Source of the DNA: an uncultured Phycisphaerales bacterium
GTDB taxonomy: Bacteria; Planctomycetota; Phycisphaerae; Tepidisphaerales; Tepidisphaeraceae
Reading direction: 5' to 3'
NCBI GenBank assembly: GCA_963844715.1
Contig: CAWJPJ010000008.1
Coordinates: 192,001 to 256,000 of the forward strand
DNA length: 64,000 nt
Every line of letters begins with the position of its first letter. The first letter of the stretch is position 1. Shown in pieces: positions 43,932-55,748 of the stretch. The translations under genes were made by a program, and so were the position numbers. A model generated the notes under the pieces. The model was given only the letters and a program-made list of their open reading frames with translations. It had not been told where the DNA came from and made no database searches.

Positions 43932-45245
43932 ATGGATTCCGGTAGATCGAACGTCGCGGCGCGGCATCGGGGGGGCGGGGAGTTGGTGTGGCTACTCGCT
44001 GTGACGCTGGTGGTGCGGCTGGTTTGGATGTTTGTGGTGCTTCCGCCGCGGAGCGCTTCGATCGATCTGAACGACTGGCGGTTCGTGGCCAAGGTGATGA
44101 AAACGGGGGAGAATCCTTATGAGAAATATCCGCTGCTGAACTGGCCGCCGTTTTGGATGGAGTCGCTGGGGTTTTTAACGCACGTTTCGGAGAAGACGGG
44201 GGTTCGCCTCGAGCAGTGTATTCGGTTTTTTCTGATCGCGGGGGATTTGGGGCTTCTGGCGGCGATTTGGGCGCTGATGCGATTGCTGGGCGCGGGTCAG
44301 ATGGCGGGGCGGGTTTTATTTTGGGGGTATGCGCTGAATCCCTTGCTGACGATCCTGACGGTGCAGCATTGTAATTTCGACGCGTTCGCGATTTTCTGGG
44401 TGACGCTGTTTTTGATTTTCACGATTAAGTTTCGGCGCGGCGGGGACGAGATGGACTGGCTGTGGTCGGCGGCGTGTTTGGGGATTGGCGTTTTTACCAA
44501 GACGTTTCCGGTGATTTTGTGGCCGGTGCTGATGGGGGGGATCAAGCCGCTGAGCCGGCGGACGCGCTTTCTGGGGGCGGGGCTGTTCATCGGGCCGGCC
44601 GTGCTGGCGCTGGCGCCGCTGTTTGCGCTGTCTCCGCAAGGCATCATCAACCACGTCGTTCGCTACCAGAGCTTGGGGGGCGGGTTCGGGGTGATGTCGC
44701 TGCTTCATATCGCGGGGGCGAGCGTCAATCTGGAATGGTATGCGAAGATCTATGCGCTGGCGGGATTGATTCTGACTTCGGCGATTGCGCTGGTGATGCT
44801 GCGCAGGCGGTGGCCAGCGGAGGGCGACCTGCCGTTGCTGGTTGGGCTGGCGTTTCTGGCTCTTTTCACGCTGGGGACGGGGTACGGGTCGCAGTATTGG
44901 TTTTGGGTGTTTCCGATGTTGCTGGCGGCTTATCCAAGCCAGCCCCTCTGGTATCGACGCATCCTCTTTGCCAGCGGCGTGGTTACTGTGCTTACGAACA
45001 TCTTTGACTACGCCTTCGAGGAGTGGATGGGCGGTTTTCTGTTTTGGCGGTTCCGCTCCTTCGGACCGCGAGTGATAAAGATACTATTCTGGCAAATTCA
45101 CTGGCCCGGCATGCGGGATTTCAGCAACAGGCTTATGAACTCGGATTGGGCGCTGCCCGCGGTACATCTACCCATGACCGTGTGTGCAATGATTGTTCTG
45201 GGCGCGGGCGTTGGCGTGCTCGTAAAGCGAAGGAGGTTGGCGTGA
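43932..45245 (+). CDS. Polytopic GT-C membrane glycosyltransferase (GT87/PIG-M-like)
   Basis: ENPY..LNWPP, LNP, HCNFD, KTFP, GSQYWFW; many TM segments. Confidence 0.7.
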   Translation: MDSGRSNVAARHRGGGELVWLLAVTLVVRLVWMFVVLPPRSASIDLNDWRFVAKVMKTGENPYEKYPLLNWPPFWMESLGFLTHVSEKTGVRLEQCIRFFLIAGDLGLLAAIWALMRLLGAGQMAGRVLFWGYALNPLLTILTVQHCNFDAFAIFWVTLFLIFTIKFRRGGDEMDWLWSAACLGIGVFTKTFPVILWPVLMGGIKPLSRRTRFLGAGLFIGPAVLALAPLFALSPQGIINHVVRYQSLGGGFGVMSLLHIAGASVNLEWYAKIYALAGLILTSAIALVMLRRRWPAEGDLPLLVGLAFLALFTLGTGYGSQYWFWVFPMLLAAYPSQPLWYRRILFASGVVTVLTNIFDYAFEEWMGGFLFWRFRSFGPRVIKILFWQIHWPGMRDFSNRLMNSDWALPAVHLPMTVCAMIVLGAGVGVLVKRRRLA

Positions 45246-46033
45246 AGATCGTTCGATGCGTGAGCGGGGGAATGGTTCGTTGGGGACAGTGGTTGGACGA
45301 GCGGTCGGCCTTGCGCATCGAAGGGGATATTTTTTCGCGCTATTCCGTCACGCAAGACAAAATCGCGATTGAGAAGTTGCTTGCGCCGGTCGTTCCGACG
45401 GATATTTTGTGCATCGGTGTGAATTACCGACAGCACGCGGCCGAAACCGGGATCGACGTACCGAAGAACCCGATGCTCTTTATCAAGGCGAGCAATACGT
45501 TGAACAATCCGGGCGATCCGATTCGCGTGCCTCGGCTGTCGAATCAGATCGATTATGAAGGGGAACTGGCGATTGTCATTTCCAAAGACGCGAAGGACGT
45601 TTCGCGCGAGGAGGCGATCAATTATGTGCTGGGGTATACGATCGCCAACGATGTGACGGCGCGGGACTGGCAGCGCGACAAGAGTTTGGGCGGGGGGCAG
45701 TTTCCGCGCGGGAAGAGTTTCGACACGTTTTGTCCGCTGGGGCCTTGGATCGTGACGCGGGATGAAATTCCAAATCCCAACGCGCTGCGATTGCAAACTT
45801 TTCTGAATGGTCAGGTTATGCAGGACAGTTCGACGGGGGACATGATTTTCGATGTGCCGGCGGTGATTGCGAGTTTGAGCAGCACGATGACGGTCCGGAA
45901 GGGGGCGGTTATTTTGACGGGGACGCCGCATGGGGTGGGGATGGGGAGGACGCCGGCGGTGTTTATGAAAAAGGGGGATCGGGTGGTGGTGGAGATTGAG
46001 GGGATTGGGGGGTTGGAAAATTCGGTGGAGTAA
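45242..46033 (+). CDS. Fumarylacetoacetate hydrolase family protein
   Basis: CIGVNYRQHA, DYEGEL, NDVTARDWQ, GKSFDTFCPLGP, ILTGTPHGVG. Confidence 0.95.
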   Translation: MKIVRCVSGGMVRWGQWLDERSALRIEGDIFSRYSVTQDKIAIEKLLAPVVPTDILCIGVNYRQHAAETGIDVPKNPMLFIKASNTLNNPGDPIRVPRLSNQIDYEGELAIVISKDAKDVSREEAINYVLGYTIANDVTARDWQRDKSLGGGQFPRGKSFDTFCPLGPWIVTRDEIPNPNALRLQTFLNGQVMQDSSTGDMIFDVPAVIASLSSTMTVRKGAVILTGTPHGVGMGRTPAVFMKKGDRVVVEIEGIGGLENSVE

Positions 46034-46044
46034 TTGGGAAATAG

Positions 46045-46080
46045 TTCAGTTGCTAGTTGCTGGTTGTTAGTTGCTAGTGG
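46045..46080. repeat. Heptamer tandem repeat (GTTGCTA-like) upstream of sdhC
   Basis: AGTTGCT AGTTGCT GGTTGTT AGTTGCT AGT. Confidence 0.75.
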
Positions 46081-46155
46081 AGGGGTCCAAGCTTTGCATG
46101 GTTGGCCGCATCCACCGTATAATTCCGTTGCTTCGTGCTAGAAAGGCATTTCCAC

Positions 46156-46848
46156 GTGTCTCAGGTTGCGGCCAGTGGTTTGACGGGTTCATCGACGGGG
46201 TCGTCCTCGTATTTTCTGTGGCGGCGGCTGCATTCGCTGACGGGGCTGGTGTTTGGGGGGTACATCGTGGTGCACCTGTTTGTTAACGCCACGATGATTC
46301 AGGGGACTCACCCGGACATCTATCAGGCTCAGGTGGACAAGATCCACTCCTTGCCCTTCCTATGGGCCATTGAGTGGGCGTTCATTTATCTGCCTATTAT
46401 TTATCACACGATCTACGGCGGGTGGATTACCATCACGGGCCGCCCGAATGTTACGGCTTATCCGTTCGGAAAGAATTACTTCTATTTGCTCCAGCGGATC
46501 AGCGCGGTTTTGATCGCGGCGTTTGTTGTCTTCCACGTGTTTGCCATGAAAGGATTCTTCGCCGATCAACTCACTTTCGTGCCGGACCAGGCGACGGCGA
46601 GCACGGCTCGGCATATCAACTCCAGCTTTTGGGTCGCATATATCGTCTATCCGATCGGAATCACGGCGTCGTGCTTTCATCTTGCGAACGGCTTTTGGAC
46701 GCGCGGCAATTACTTGGGGGCTGACGGTGAGCGCCGGGCGCAACAGCGGTGGGGCGTGGTTTGCTCGATCTTGTTCGCGTTCACGTTGATTTGCGGTTTG
46801 CTGGCTTTGGGCGCCAGCATTCATAACGGATCGATGATCGTTCATTAG
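46156..46848 (+). CDS. sdhC: Succinate dehydrogenase cytochrome b558 subunit
   Basis: RRLHSLTG, HLFVNA, LQRISA, FHLANGFWT; directly upstream of sdhA. Confidence 0.92.
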   Translation: MSQVAASGLTGSSTGSSSYFLWRRLHSLTGLVFGGYIVVHLFVNATMIQGTHPDIYQAQVDKIHSLPFLWAIEWAFIYLPIIYHTIYGGWITITGRPNVTAYPFGKNYFYLLQRISAVLIAAFVVFHVFAMKGFFADQLTFVPDQATASTARHINSSFWVAYIVYPIGITASCFHLANGFWTRGNYLGADGERRAQQRWGVVCSILFAFTLICGLLALGASIHNGSMIVH

Positions 46849-46864
46849 ACGGAGCCGAGTTTTC

Positions 46865-48770
46865 ATGGCAACGGGTGCGAAAAAGCGCGTGATCGTAGTG
46901 GGCGGCGGATTAGCCGGGTTGGCGGCGACGATCAAGCTGGCGGAGGAGGGCGTTGCCGTCGATTTGTTTTCGATGGTGCCCGTAAAGCGGAGCCATAGTG
47001 TTTGTGCGCAGGGGGGGATCAACGCTTGCAATGATATTGCGCGGCAGCAGGGGTATAGCGAGTGGATGCACTTTGACGAGACGATTCTGGGCGGGGATTT
47101 CCTGGCGGATCAGCCGCCGGTGCTGGAGATGTGCAACTGGGCGCCGCGGATAATCGATGTGCTGGACCGGATGGGTGTGCCGTTCAATCGGACGCCGGAG
47201 GGGCAGCGGGCGCTGCGGCTGTTTGGCGGATCGCTATTTAAGCGGACGTTTTTCGCCGGGGCGACGACGGGGCAGCAGCTCCTTTATGCACTCGATGAGC
47301 AGACGCGACGGCGCGAGGCGGAGGGGGCGGTTACGAAATATGAATTTTGGGAGTTTCTGTCGCCGGTGATTCATGACGAGCGGTGCGTGGGGATTGTGGC
47401 GCAGGACATGCGGACGATGCAGATCCGGGCGTTCAGCGGCGGACGCCGTGGTCATGGCGACGGGCGGGAACGGGCTGGTTTTCGGGAAATCTACGATGTC
47501 GGTGATCTGCACGGGCGGGGCGGCATCACGGTGCTATCAGGCGGGGGCGAAATACGGGAACCCGGAATTTATTCAAGTGCATCCGACGGCGATTCCGGGG
47601 GAGGACAAGTGCAGGTTGATCAGCGAATCGGCTCGCGGGGAAGGGGGACGGGTTTGGGTTCCCAGGCGTCCGGGCGATGCGCGGCATCCGAATAACATTC
47701 CTGAGTCCGAACGGTTTTATTTTCTGGAAGAGCGGTATCCCAAATATGGGAATCTTGTTCCGCGCGACATCGCGACGCGGGAAATCTTCCAGGTTTGCAC
47801 GGAGATGAAGCTGGGGGTTGGCGGGGGGAATATGGTGTATCTCGATCTGGCTGACATCGTTAAACAGATCGGGCGACAGGCGGTGCTGTGCAAGCTGGAG
47901 GGAATTCTGGAGATTTATGAGAAGTTCGTCGGGGTCGATCCGCTGGAAGAGCCGATGAAAATTTTCCCGGCGGTGCACTATTCCATGGGTGGGCTGTGGA
48001 TAGGATTCCGGAAGGATGAAAAAACCGGCGGACTGAAGTTTGGGGACCCGTCGAACATGTCCACCAACATTCCGGGATTATACGCGATGGGAGAAGTCTC
48101 GTTCGCGTATCACGGGGCGAATCGGCTGGGGGCGAATTCGCTGCTGAGCTGCATTTTTGACGGGCTTTTCGGCGGGACGTGCGTGAAGAATTATTGCACG
48201 GACGTCGCGCACGGCGACATGCCGCAGAGCGCGTATGACGTGGCGGTGACGAAGCAGACCAATCGACAGGATGACGCTGCTGGCCAGCGATGGGGATGAG
48301 AATCCTTACCTGCTTTGGCGCGAAATGGGGAGGTGGATGACGGACAATTGCACGGTCATACGGCACAACGAGCGATTGCAGCAGACGCTTGAAAAGTGCC
48401 AGGAATGGAAGGGGCGGTATAAGCGGATCAAGCTTTCGGACACGGGGATGTGGACGAATCAGAACCTGAGTTTCACGCGCGCGGTGGGGGATATGATCAT
48501 TCTTGCCGAGGTGATTTTGCAGGGGGCGCTGCAGCGGAATGAATCGCGCGGGGCGCATTTTAAGCCGGCGTATCCGCAGCGGCAATGATGAGGAATATTT
48601 GAAAGCGACAATCGCCAGTTACGATGCGGCGGCTGATGCGCCGCGGATTGATTACGGGCCGGTGGACATCAGTTTGATTCCGCCGAGGGCTGCGCGAATA
48701 TGGGAAGAAGCCGGATGCGGTGAAGAGTGAGAAGTCGCCGGCTGCGCCGCGCGTGGCCGCGGTTTCGTGA
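46865..48770 (+). CDS. sdhA: Succinate dehydrogenase flavoprotein subunit (about 4 assembly frameshifts)
   Basis: GGGLAGL, RSHSVCAQGGIN, QVHPT, SESARGEG, HYSMGG, HGANRLGANSL, ESRGAH. Confidence 0.95.
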
Positions 48771-48909
48771 ATCATGGCGAGTAACTGGACAGGGTTCCGG
48801 AGGGGTGGGGCGGAACCATAGCTGATGAGAATGGCTCCCTCCCGTCGTCCCGAAACCAGCGGAAGGGGACAGGGAGTGCTCCCCCGGAGTACCGGGGGCG
48901 GGAAGAGTG

Positions 48910-50519
48910 GACTGTGCGGTGCTTAGCGTGGGTGATGCTGGGTGTTCTGTTGGTCTGGGGGGCGGCGGCGCGGTGGCATCAGATTGATCGGGAAAGGCAA
49001 TTCGCGGACGAGTTTTGGTCGGTTTATCTGTCCACGGGGCGGGGGAAGATCGATTTTTTTTGCCGGCGGGGAAGCTGCTGAATCCGCCGCCGGCGGCGAT
49101 GATGGAGGGGGCGCCGGGGTGGCGCGCATATCTGGACGGGGATGATCAACGCGATTCATCCGCCGCTTTATCATGTGGTGTTGCGGTGGTGGATGGATTT
49201 ATTTGGCGAGAGCGATTCGGCGACGCGCAGCGCTTTCGGGGGTTTTTTCGCTGGCCGGGCGCGGTGATTCTCTATGACGCGGTGAGGCGGACCACGGGGC
49301 GGACGGCGCGGGGCTAATCGCGGCGGCCGATGATGATTCTTGGCCGTCGGGCAGATCGACTTCAGCCAGCAGACGCGCAGTTACACGATGATCGGGTTTT
49401 GCGGGGTGGTGGCTTGCCATGCGGCTGGTTTGAATTGAGAAGGACGGGGCGTCAGTGGGTAGATTAATCGAATTGGGGATTGCGTGTGCGGCGGGATTTT
49501 TGACGCATTATCTGGCGGCGCCCGCCGATTGCGGCGCTGGGGATTTATGTGCTGCTGCGGTTGCGAGGAAGGGATCGGCGACTTGCGGTTGGGCGCGATG
49601 GTGGGGTCGGCGGTGTTTGTGCTGGCGATCTGGTATCCGTGGCTTCGCGAGCAATTGGGGCTTTTCAGATGCCCTATGAGTGGGCGAACGAGCATAGCCC
49701 GTACGGTCACCGCGATTTTGCTGCGATTGCTTTTTCTTGCCGGTGGCGCATTTATATGGGGAAGATCGGCTTTGATCGCGAGCGGTTGCGCCGGCGGTGA
49801 TCGTTTATGTTTTGCCGATCGTGCTTATCCGGCGGCGGCCGCAAATGCTGATCTGGTGGTTCTGGGTGACGGGGGTGATGCTCCCGCTGGCGGTGCGTGA
49901 CGTGCTGCATCACTCGATGATGCTGGCGTATACGAAGTATACATTTGCGGCGTCGTTTGCGATGTGCGCGGTGGTGGCGATTCCGCTTCCGCTGCCGGGG
50001 AAGTGGGGGTGGGCGACGCCTGTCGCGATGCTTTTGAGCGTGGTGGTGGCGTCGATCGAGCGATACAACGAGGGGCCGCCGCCGTTTCCGGATTGGCGGG
50101 GGCTGGTGCGGGTGATCGATAAGGACGCGGGGCCTGGCGATCCGCTGATTTTCGGCAACGATCAATTCTGGAACACGCCGGCGTTCGGGTATATCGCGAT
50201 GGCGCACTACGCTCATGATTCGCGGCGGCCGATCATGATGCTGGATGTGCCGGCGGACGCGAGGGCGCTGGCGGAGATCTCGGCGTATAAAAAGGTCTGG
50301 CTGGTTCTTCCGGTGGCGGCGAAGAAGATTGATTGGCTTCCGGGTTGGGAGAGGGTTTGGTCGACGGGGCGGCCGGCGGCGGGATTTGTTGAGGAAATGG
50401 CGCCGGTTACTTCACCGCTGCCGTCGTCTCGAGCGAGCCGATCACGCCGCACCATGACGGGCGGGGTATTTCCGAGGGACGAATCCGGGGCGGTGCGATA
50501 CATCCAAAACATGCCTTGA
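48910..50519 (+). pseudogene. GT39/PMT-like membrane glycosyltransferase, heavily frameshifted (error-rich segment or true pseudogene)
   Basis: Fragments across frames: DEFWSVYLSTG, HPPLYHVVLRWW, SQQTRSY, FLTHYL, PDWRG. Confidence 0.55.
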
Positions 50520-50998
50520 ATGATGACGCGCACATCGGGGGCCTGGCCGGCGAATTGAACGGTGACGTCCATCGGCTGCAGGATTTTTTTCTGGTGATTC
50601 AGAAAGATGCCGTAGGGAGAATCTTCCTCCTGGCTGCTGGGGGATTTGCTGGTCCAGACGGCCTGGCCGATCTGGGCGGGATCGGAGATGTCGGGGAGCA
50701 TCATGTCGAAGTCGTAGGAGTCGACGGTTTCGTCGCCGGTGAGGACTCCCTTGGGCTCGTTACTGTAGAGGCGGGCTTCCAATTTGCCATCGGTCTTGGT
50801 CAGTCGGAGCATGGCGGGGCCGAAGGTGTCGGGCTGGCCGTCGATCATGAGGATGGAGGCTTGCGGCTGGGTCGTGGGCTCGGTGGAGGGGGCGGCGGAC
50901 GCCTGCGTGGTGGGGGTGCTGGGGGACTGACCGCAGCCTAAAATAAGCAAGGCGCAGCAGGCCGGGAGGAGGAACATCCTGCAGAGGCGACGGTTCAC
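50407..50998 (-). CDS. Putative lipoprotein
   Basis: Lipobox LILG-C then TTQA/TTQP linker; a frameshift near 50445 gives a stop at 50407. Confidence 0.65.
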
Positions 50999-51029
50999 GA
51001 GGTTCAGTATACTCGGTTTTGAACGGATC

Positions 51030-51761
51030 ATGGCGACCATCCCACCATCGGAAACGGACACCCTTTGCGAAAGTTGCGGGTACATTCTCAACGGCCTGCC
51101 GGGGGATGGGAATTGCCCGGAATGCGGGTCTCCGATCGATCTTAGCGTGGCGGAGCGATATCGGACGGCGCCGGCGTGGGAAGAGGCGGGGCGATCGGTT
51201 TTTTGGCGGTTTGCAGTGACGACGCTGCTGGTTATTTTCCGGCCGACGCATTTTTTTCGGACCAGCACGTCGCGGGGCGATCTTTCGGCTGCGCAGCGGT
51301 TTGCTCGGATTCATTGGGCGATTACGTCGCTTATGCTGGGTGTGGGGGTTTGGATTCACTGGCATATATATCTGCGGATGGTCCGCGAGCCTGCGCCATC
51401 CGAATGGCTGAATATTGGGGCGCTGATGATTCTGCCGGGGTTGACGTATCTGGCGGTGGTGGGAACGCTGCGGCTGGCGACGAGATTGACGGTGTGGGAA
51501 GCGGGATATCGCGGGTATCGGCTGCCGTTTCGTGTGGTGCTTCGGGCGCTTTACTACCACGCGGCGCATAGTTTGCCGGTGGCGATTGTCACGTTGGTTA
51601 CGATCGCGGGGTATTGGTATTTTCAAGCGACGGGGTATTTTCGGATCACCAGCGCGCCGGATTATCTTTATGTGCTGAGCGCGGAGGTTTTTATTGGGGC
51701 GAACTATTTGTTTTTCACTTATTGGATTGCCATGCGCAATCTTATGTTTGCGAACCGGTGA
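51030..51761 (+). CDS. Zinc-ribbon membrane protein
   Basis: CESCGYILNGL..CPECG followed by about 4 TM segments. Confidence 0.75.
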   Translation: MATIPPSETDTLCESCGYILNGLPGDGNCPECGSPIDLSVAERYRTAPAWEEAGRSVFWRFAVTTLLVIFRPTHFFRTSTSRGDLSAAQRFARIHWAITSLMLGVGVWIHWHIYLRMVREPAPSEWLNIGALMILPGLTYLAVVGTLRLATRLTVWEAGYRGYRLPFRVVLRALYYHAAHSLPVAIVTLVTIAGYWYFQATGYFRITSAPDYLYVLSAEVFIGANYLFFTYWIAMRNLMFANR

Positions 51762-51776
51762 ATAAGACAAGTGTTG

Positions 51777-51857
51777 ACCGCGGATTTCGCGGATGGGCGG
51801 CGGATGAGAAGACGGAGTTCTTGAAATCTTATCCGCGTGATCCGTGAAATCCTTGGT
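51777..51857. repeat. Imperfect inverted repeat built from 9-bp CGGAT-containing units
   Basis: ACCGCGGATTTCGCGGAT..CGGAT / ATCCGCGTGATCCGTGAAATCCTTGGT. Confidence 0.8.
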
Positions 51858-51879
51858 TGGCGTTCAGAGCGCGGAGACG

Positions 51880-52581
51880 ATGCGAGACAGGGTTCGGATT
51901 ATTCTGGCGGTGTTGCTGGCTGTGGTGATTGCGGGGGCGTTCTATTGGCTGTTGGGGACGGACCAGGGGCGGCAATATCTTGATCGGCAGCGATTGCATG
52001 AGATGGGGTTGCGGTTTGATCAGTGGGTTCGATTGCATCCTTTGCGGGCGCCGGCGGCGTTTGTGGGGGTTTATTTTTTGCTCGCGGTGCTGGCGATGCC
52101 TTTGTGGTGGCTTCAGATTTTGGGGGGATATGGATTTGGTCTTTACTTGGGCGTGCTGTGGTGCCAGATTGCTTCGGCGATCGCGGCGCCGGCGACGATT
52201 GGCATGTCGCGCACGCTGCTGGGGAAAGTTTTCCTGGCCAAGGCGGAATCGCGGCGGGCGGCGGTGGCGGCGCTGGCGGATAGTTTGGGGCACAATGGCT
52301 TTCTCGTTGTGATGGCGGTTCGGTTGATGCATGTGAATCCGTTTGGGCTCAGCAATTACGCGATGGGATTGACGCGAATTCGGGCTCGCGAGGCGGCGAT
52401 TGGGACGCTGCTGGGGAATATTCCGGCGGTGGCATTTTATGTGGGGGTGGGAGGCGGAATGCGGCCTTGGCGGAACTGGCACTTCATGGCGGGGCTGGCG
52501 GCGATCAATATTTTGTTGCTCATTCCGCTGGGGCTGCGATATTACAAGCCGCAATGGTTTCAGAAGATCGGCCTGGAATGA
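51880..52581 (+). CDS. TVP38/TMEM64 (DedA/VTT) family membrane protein
   Basis: GGYGFGLYLG, VRLMHVNPFGLSNYAMG. Confidence 0.88.
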   Translation: MRDRVRIILAVLLAVVIAGAFYWLLGTDQGRQYLDRQRLHEMGLRFDQWVRLHPLRAPAAFVGVYFLLAVLAMPLWWLQILGGYGFGLYLGVLWCQIASAIAAPATIGMSRTLLGKVFLAKAESRRAAVAALADSLGHNGFLVVMAVRLMHVNPFGLSNYAMGLTRIRAREAAIGTLLGNIPAVAFYVGVGGGMRPWRNWHFMAGLAAINILLLIPLGLRYYKPQWFQKIGLE

Positions 52582-53581
52582 CCGGGTATTGCTCGAGTGC
52601 GCGGTTTGCCGAGCACTTGACGGGTCCGCATCATCCGGAAAGACCGGATCGAATCCGCGCGATCGCGCGGGCGGTGCGTGAGGCGGGGCTTGTCGAATCG
52701 GCCGATCCGTTTCCGGAATTCGAAGTGAATTTGCAGTTGTCGCCGGTGGGCGGTTCAAAACTCGTGGAGATCGAACCTGCGGCGGCTTTGGAGGAGGATT
52801 TGCTGCGGGTGCATTTGCCTGCGCAAATTGAAACTGTGCGGCATGTGTCGAGCCAGGGGGGCGGGGTGCTGGATCAGGGGGATACGCCGATTGGGCCGCG
52901 GAGTTATGACGTCGCGTTGCTTTCGTGCGGGGCGGGGCTGCGATGCTGTGACGCGGTGATGGGCGGGAAAGTTTTGCGGGCGTTTTCGGCGGCGCGGCCG
53001 CCGGGGCATCATGCGGAGCCGGATCGGGCGATGGGGTTTTGTTTGTTCAACAATGTCGCCGTCGCGGCGCGGTATCTGCAGGCGCGAGCACGGGGTGAAG
53101 ACGGTCGCCATCGTCGATTTCGACGTGCATCATGGGAACGGGACGCAGGCGGCGTTTGAAGACGACCCAACGGTGCTTTTTATCAGCCTGCATCAACATC
53201 CCGGGACGTGCTATCCGGGGAGCGGGTATGAATGGGAAGTCGGCGAGGGGCCTGGGCGCGGAACGATATTGAATATTCCGCTGGAGCCGGGGGCGGGGGA
53301 TGAGGTTTATCTCGAGACGTTTCACCGAGCGGTACTGCCGAAGCTTGATTTGTTTAAGCCGGAGATGCTGCTGGTTTCGGCCGGGTTTGATGCGCATCAG
53401 GAAGATCCACTGGCGCACATGGATGTTACGGAGGAGGGGTTTTTTGAGATGACTGCGCTTGCTGGTGCAATCGGCGGAGGTTCATTGCGGGGGGCGGCTG
53501 GTTAGTGTGTTGGAAGGCGGATACAACCTGAGGGCGCTGGGACGCAGCGTGGTTCGGCATTTGGCGGCGATGAATACATAG
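52578..53581 (+). CDS. Histone deacetylase family protein (2 frameshifts)
   Basis: HPERPDR, RPPGHHA, GFCLFNN, DFDVHHGNGTQ, SAGFDAH, LEGGY. Confidence 0.93.
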
Positions 53582-53661
53582 TTGCCAGTTACCAGTTGCG
53601 AGTTGCCAGTCGATGCAGCTCTTCCACTGGCAACTCGCAACTAACAACTGGCAACTTTTTT
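53580..53661. repeat. 31-bp-arm inverted repeat made of AGTTGCC heptamers, followed by a T-tract (possible terminator)
   Basis: Arms 53580-53610 and 53626-53656, 28/31 complementary. Confidence 0.85.
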
Positions 53662-54649
53662 ATGCTAATTGTCGATGCGCATCTTGATCTGGCTTACAAC
53701 GCCGTGAAGGGACGGGAGGTGGCGTTGCCGGCTCGGGGGCGGCGGCCGGATGAGGATGGGGTTCCTAGCGTGAGTTTGCCGGATTTGTATGCGGGGGGGG
53801 TGAGGCTGCTGTGCGCGACGATCTTTTGCGAGCCGGGGTTTGAAAGTCCCACGGGGTATCACGATGAGGATGAGGCGCATGTGCAGGCGATCAAGCAACT
53901 GGATTGGTATCGGCGGCGGGACGAGTCGGGAACATTGAAACTCGTCCGGACGGCGGGGGAGATTCAGCCGGGGAAGAATATGCAGGCGGTGCTTTTGATG
54001 GAGGGGGCCGATCCGATTCGGGATGATCGGGATTTGCAGGAATTCTGGAATGACGGGTTGCGAATCGTGGGATTGGCGTGGAAGAAGACGCGGTTTGCCG
54101 GCGGGACGAAGATGCCGGGGCCGCTGACCGAGGCGGGGATCGAGCTGGTCAAAAAACTGGACCGGCTGGGGATGATTCACGATCTCTCGCACCTGGCGGA
54201 GCAATCGTTCTGGCAACTGTTGGAACTTTCGCAGGGGCCGGTGATGGCGTCGCATTCGAATTGCCGGGAGATCGTGCCGACGGATCGGCAGCTTTCGGAC
54301 AAGATGATCCGGGCGGTCGGCGAGCGCGGGGGGGTGATCGGGATCAACTTTTTCGACAAGTTTCTTTTGCCGCCGGATGAATGGGGGGGCCGGAAGGCGA
54401 AATTGACGGATGTGGTGGCGCATGTGAAGCATATGTGCCAGTTGCTGGGAGACGCGAGCCACGTGGGGTTGGGGACGGATATGGACGGCGGGTTTGGGCG
54501 GGAGGAGATTCCGCAGGAGATTGAGACATCGGCGGATTTGCCGCGGGTGGCGGATGCGCTGAACAAGGGCGGGTTTTCGGATACGGATATCGGGCGGATC
54601 ATGGCGCAGAATTGGATTGATTTTTTGCGCGAAATTGCCGCCGGGATAA
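53662..54649 (+). CDS. Membrane dipeptidase (peptidase M19)
   Basis: IVDAHLD, LMEGA, DLSH, ASHSN, GLGTDMDG; frameshift at the 3' end. Confidence 0.92.
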
Positions 54650-54681
54650 TTGGCGGCGTTTCAGTCAGGGGAGGCATCGAC

Positions 54682-55722
54682 ATGGAGAAACTACGCTGGT
54701 CGTGGATGGTCGTGTGGTTCATCGCGGCTTGCGCCGTGAGACTGCAAACCGCCGCTGGGCAAGAGGCGGGATATCGGCCGGCCGGGGCCGCTGGCGGTCA
54801 AGTCTGTTTTGCTCGATTGGACGGACGATCGCCGGGATCGCGATATTCCGGTCAAGATTTATTATCCCGACGTGACGGACGGCAGGTTTCCGGTAATTAT
54901 TTTTTCGCATGGGGTGGGCGGATCGCGGAACGGGTACGCATTTCTGGGGGAGTATTGGGCGAGCTTTGGGTATGTTTGCGTGCATATTCAGCATGTGGGG
55001 TCGGACGATACGATTTTGCAGGGTTTGCCGCCGGATGAAGTGGTCGCGGCGATGGCGCGGGCCACGGTGTCGCCGGAGAATATTATGAATCGGCCGCTGG
55101 ATGTTCGGTTCACGATCAGCAAGCTGGAAAAACTCAACAGGGATGATCCGCTTCTGAAAGGGAGGATGGATCTCGATCATATCGGAGTCGCGGGGCATTC
55201 GTTTGGGGCGTTTACGACGTTGGCGGTTGCCGGCGAGGTGTTTACATCGGCAAGCGGACGGGTGCACGATTGGTCTGACCCGCGCGTGAAGGCGGCGATC
55301 GCGATGAGCGAATCGGCGCCGCGCGATCCGGATTTGTGGGACGAGGCGTTCGCCAGGATTTCGATTCCGATGATGCATTTGGCCGGGACGCTGGACGTGA
55401 GCCCGGTGGGCGGATCCAGGGTGGAGGACCGGCGAGTGCCGTTCGACCACATTCCCGCGGTTGCGGATCAATATCTGATTATCTTGCAGGGCGGCGACCA
55501 TATGGTTTTTTCGGCGGCTCGCCGAGCGGGCCGCTGGCGGGCACGGGGAATCCTGCGATGGATCCGACGTTCCAGGTGATGATTCAGCAATCGACGACGG
55601 CGTTTTGGGATGCGTATCTTAAATCGGATGAGAAGGCCAAAACGTGGCTGGCCGGGGGCGCGTGCAAAACGATGCTGGGGGAAAATGGGGATCTGGAGAT
55701 CAAGCCGGCCAGGGGAAGATGA
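54682..55722 (+). CDS. Secreted alpha/beta hydrolase (2 frameshifts)
   Basis: FSHGVGG, NRPLD, GHSFG nucleophile elbow, GTLD, GGDH. Confidence 0.85.
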
Positions 55723-55748
55723 GGAGGATAATTCAGCCGCGAACGTGG

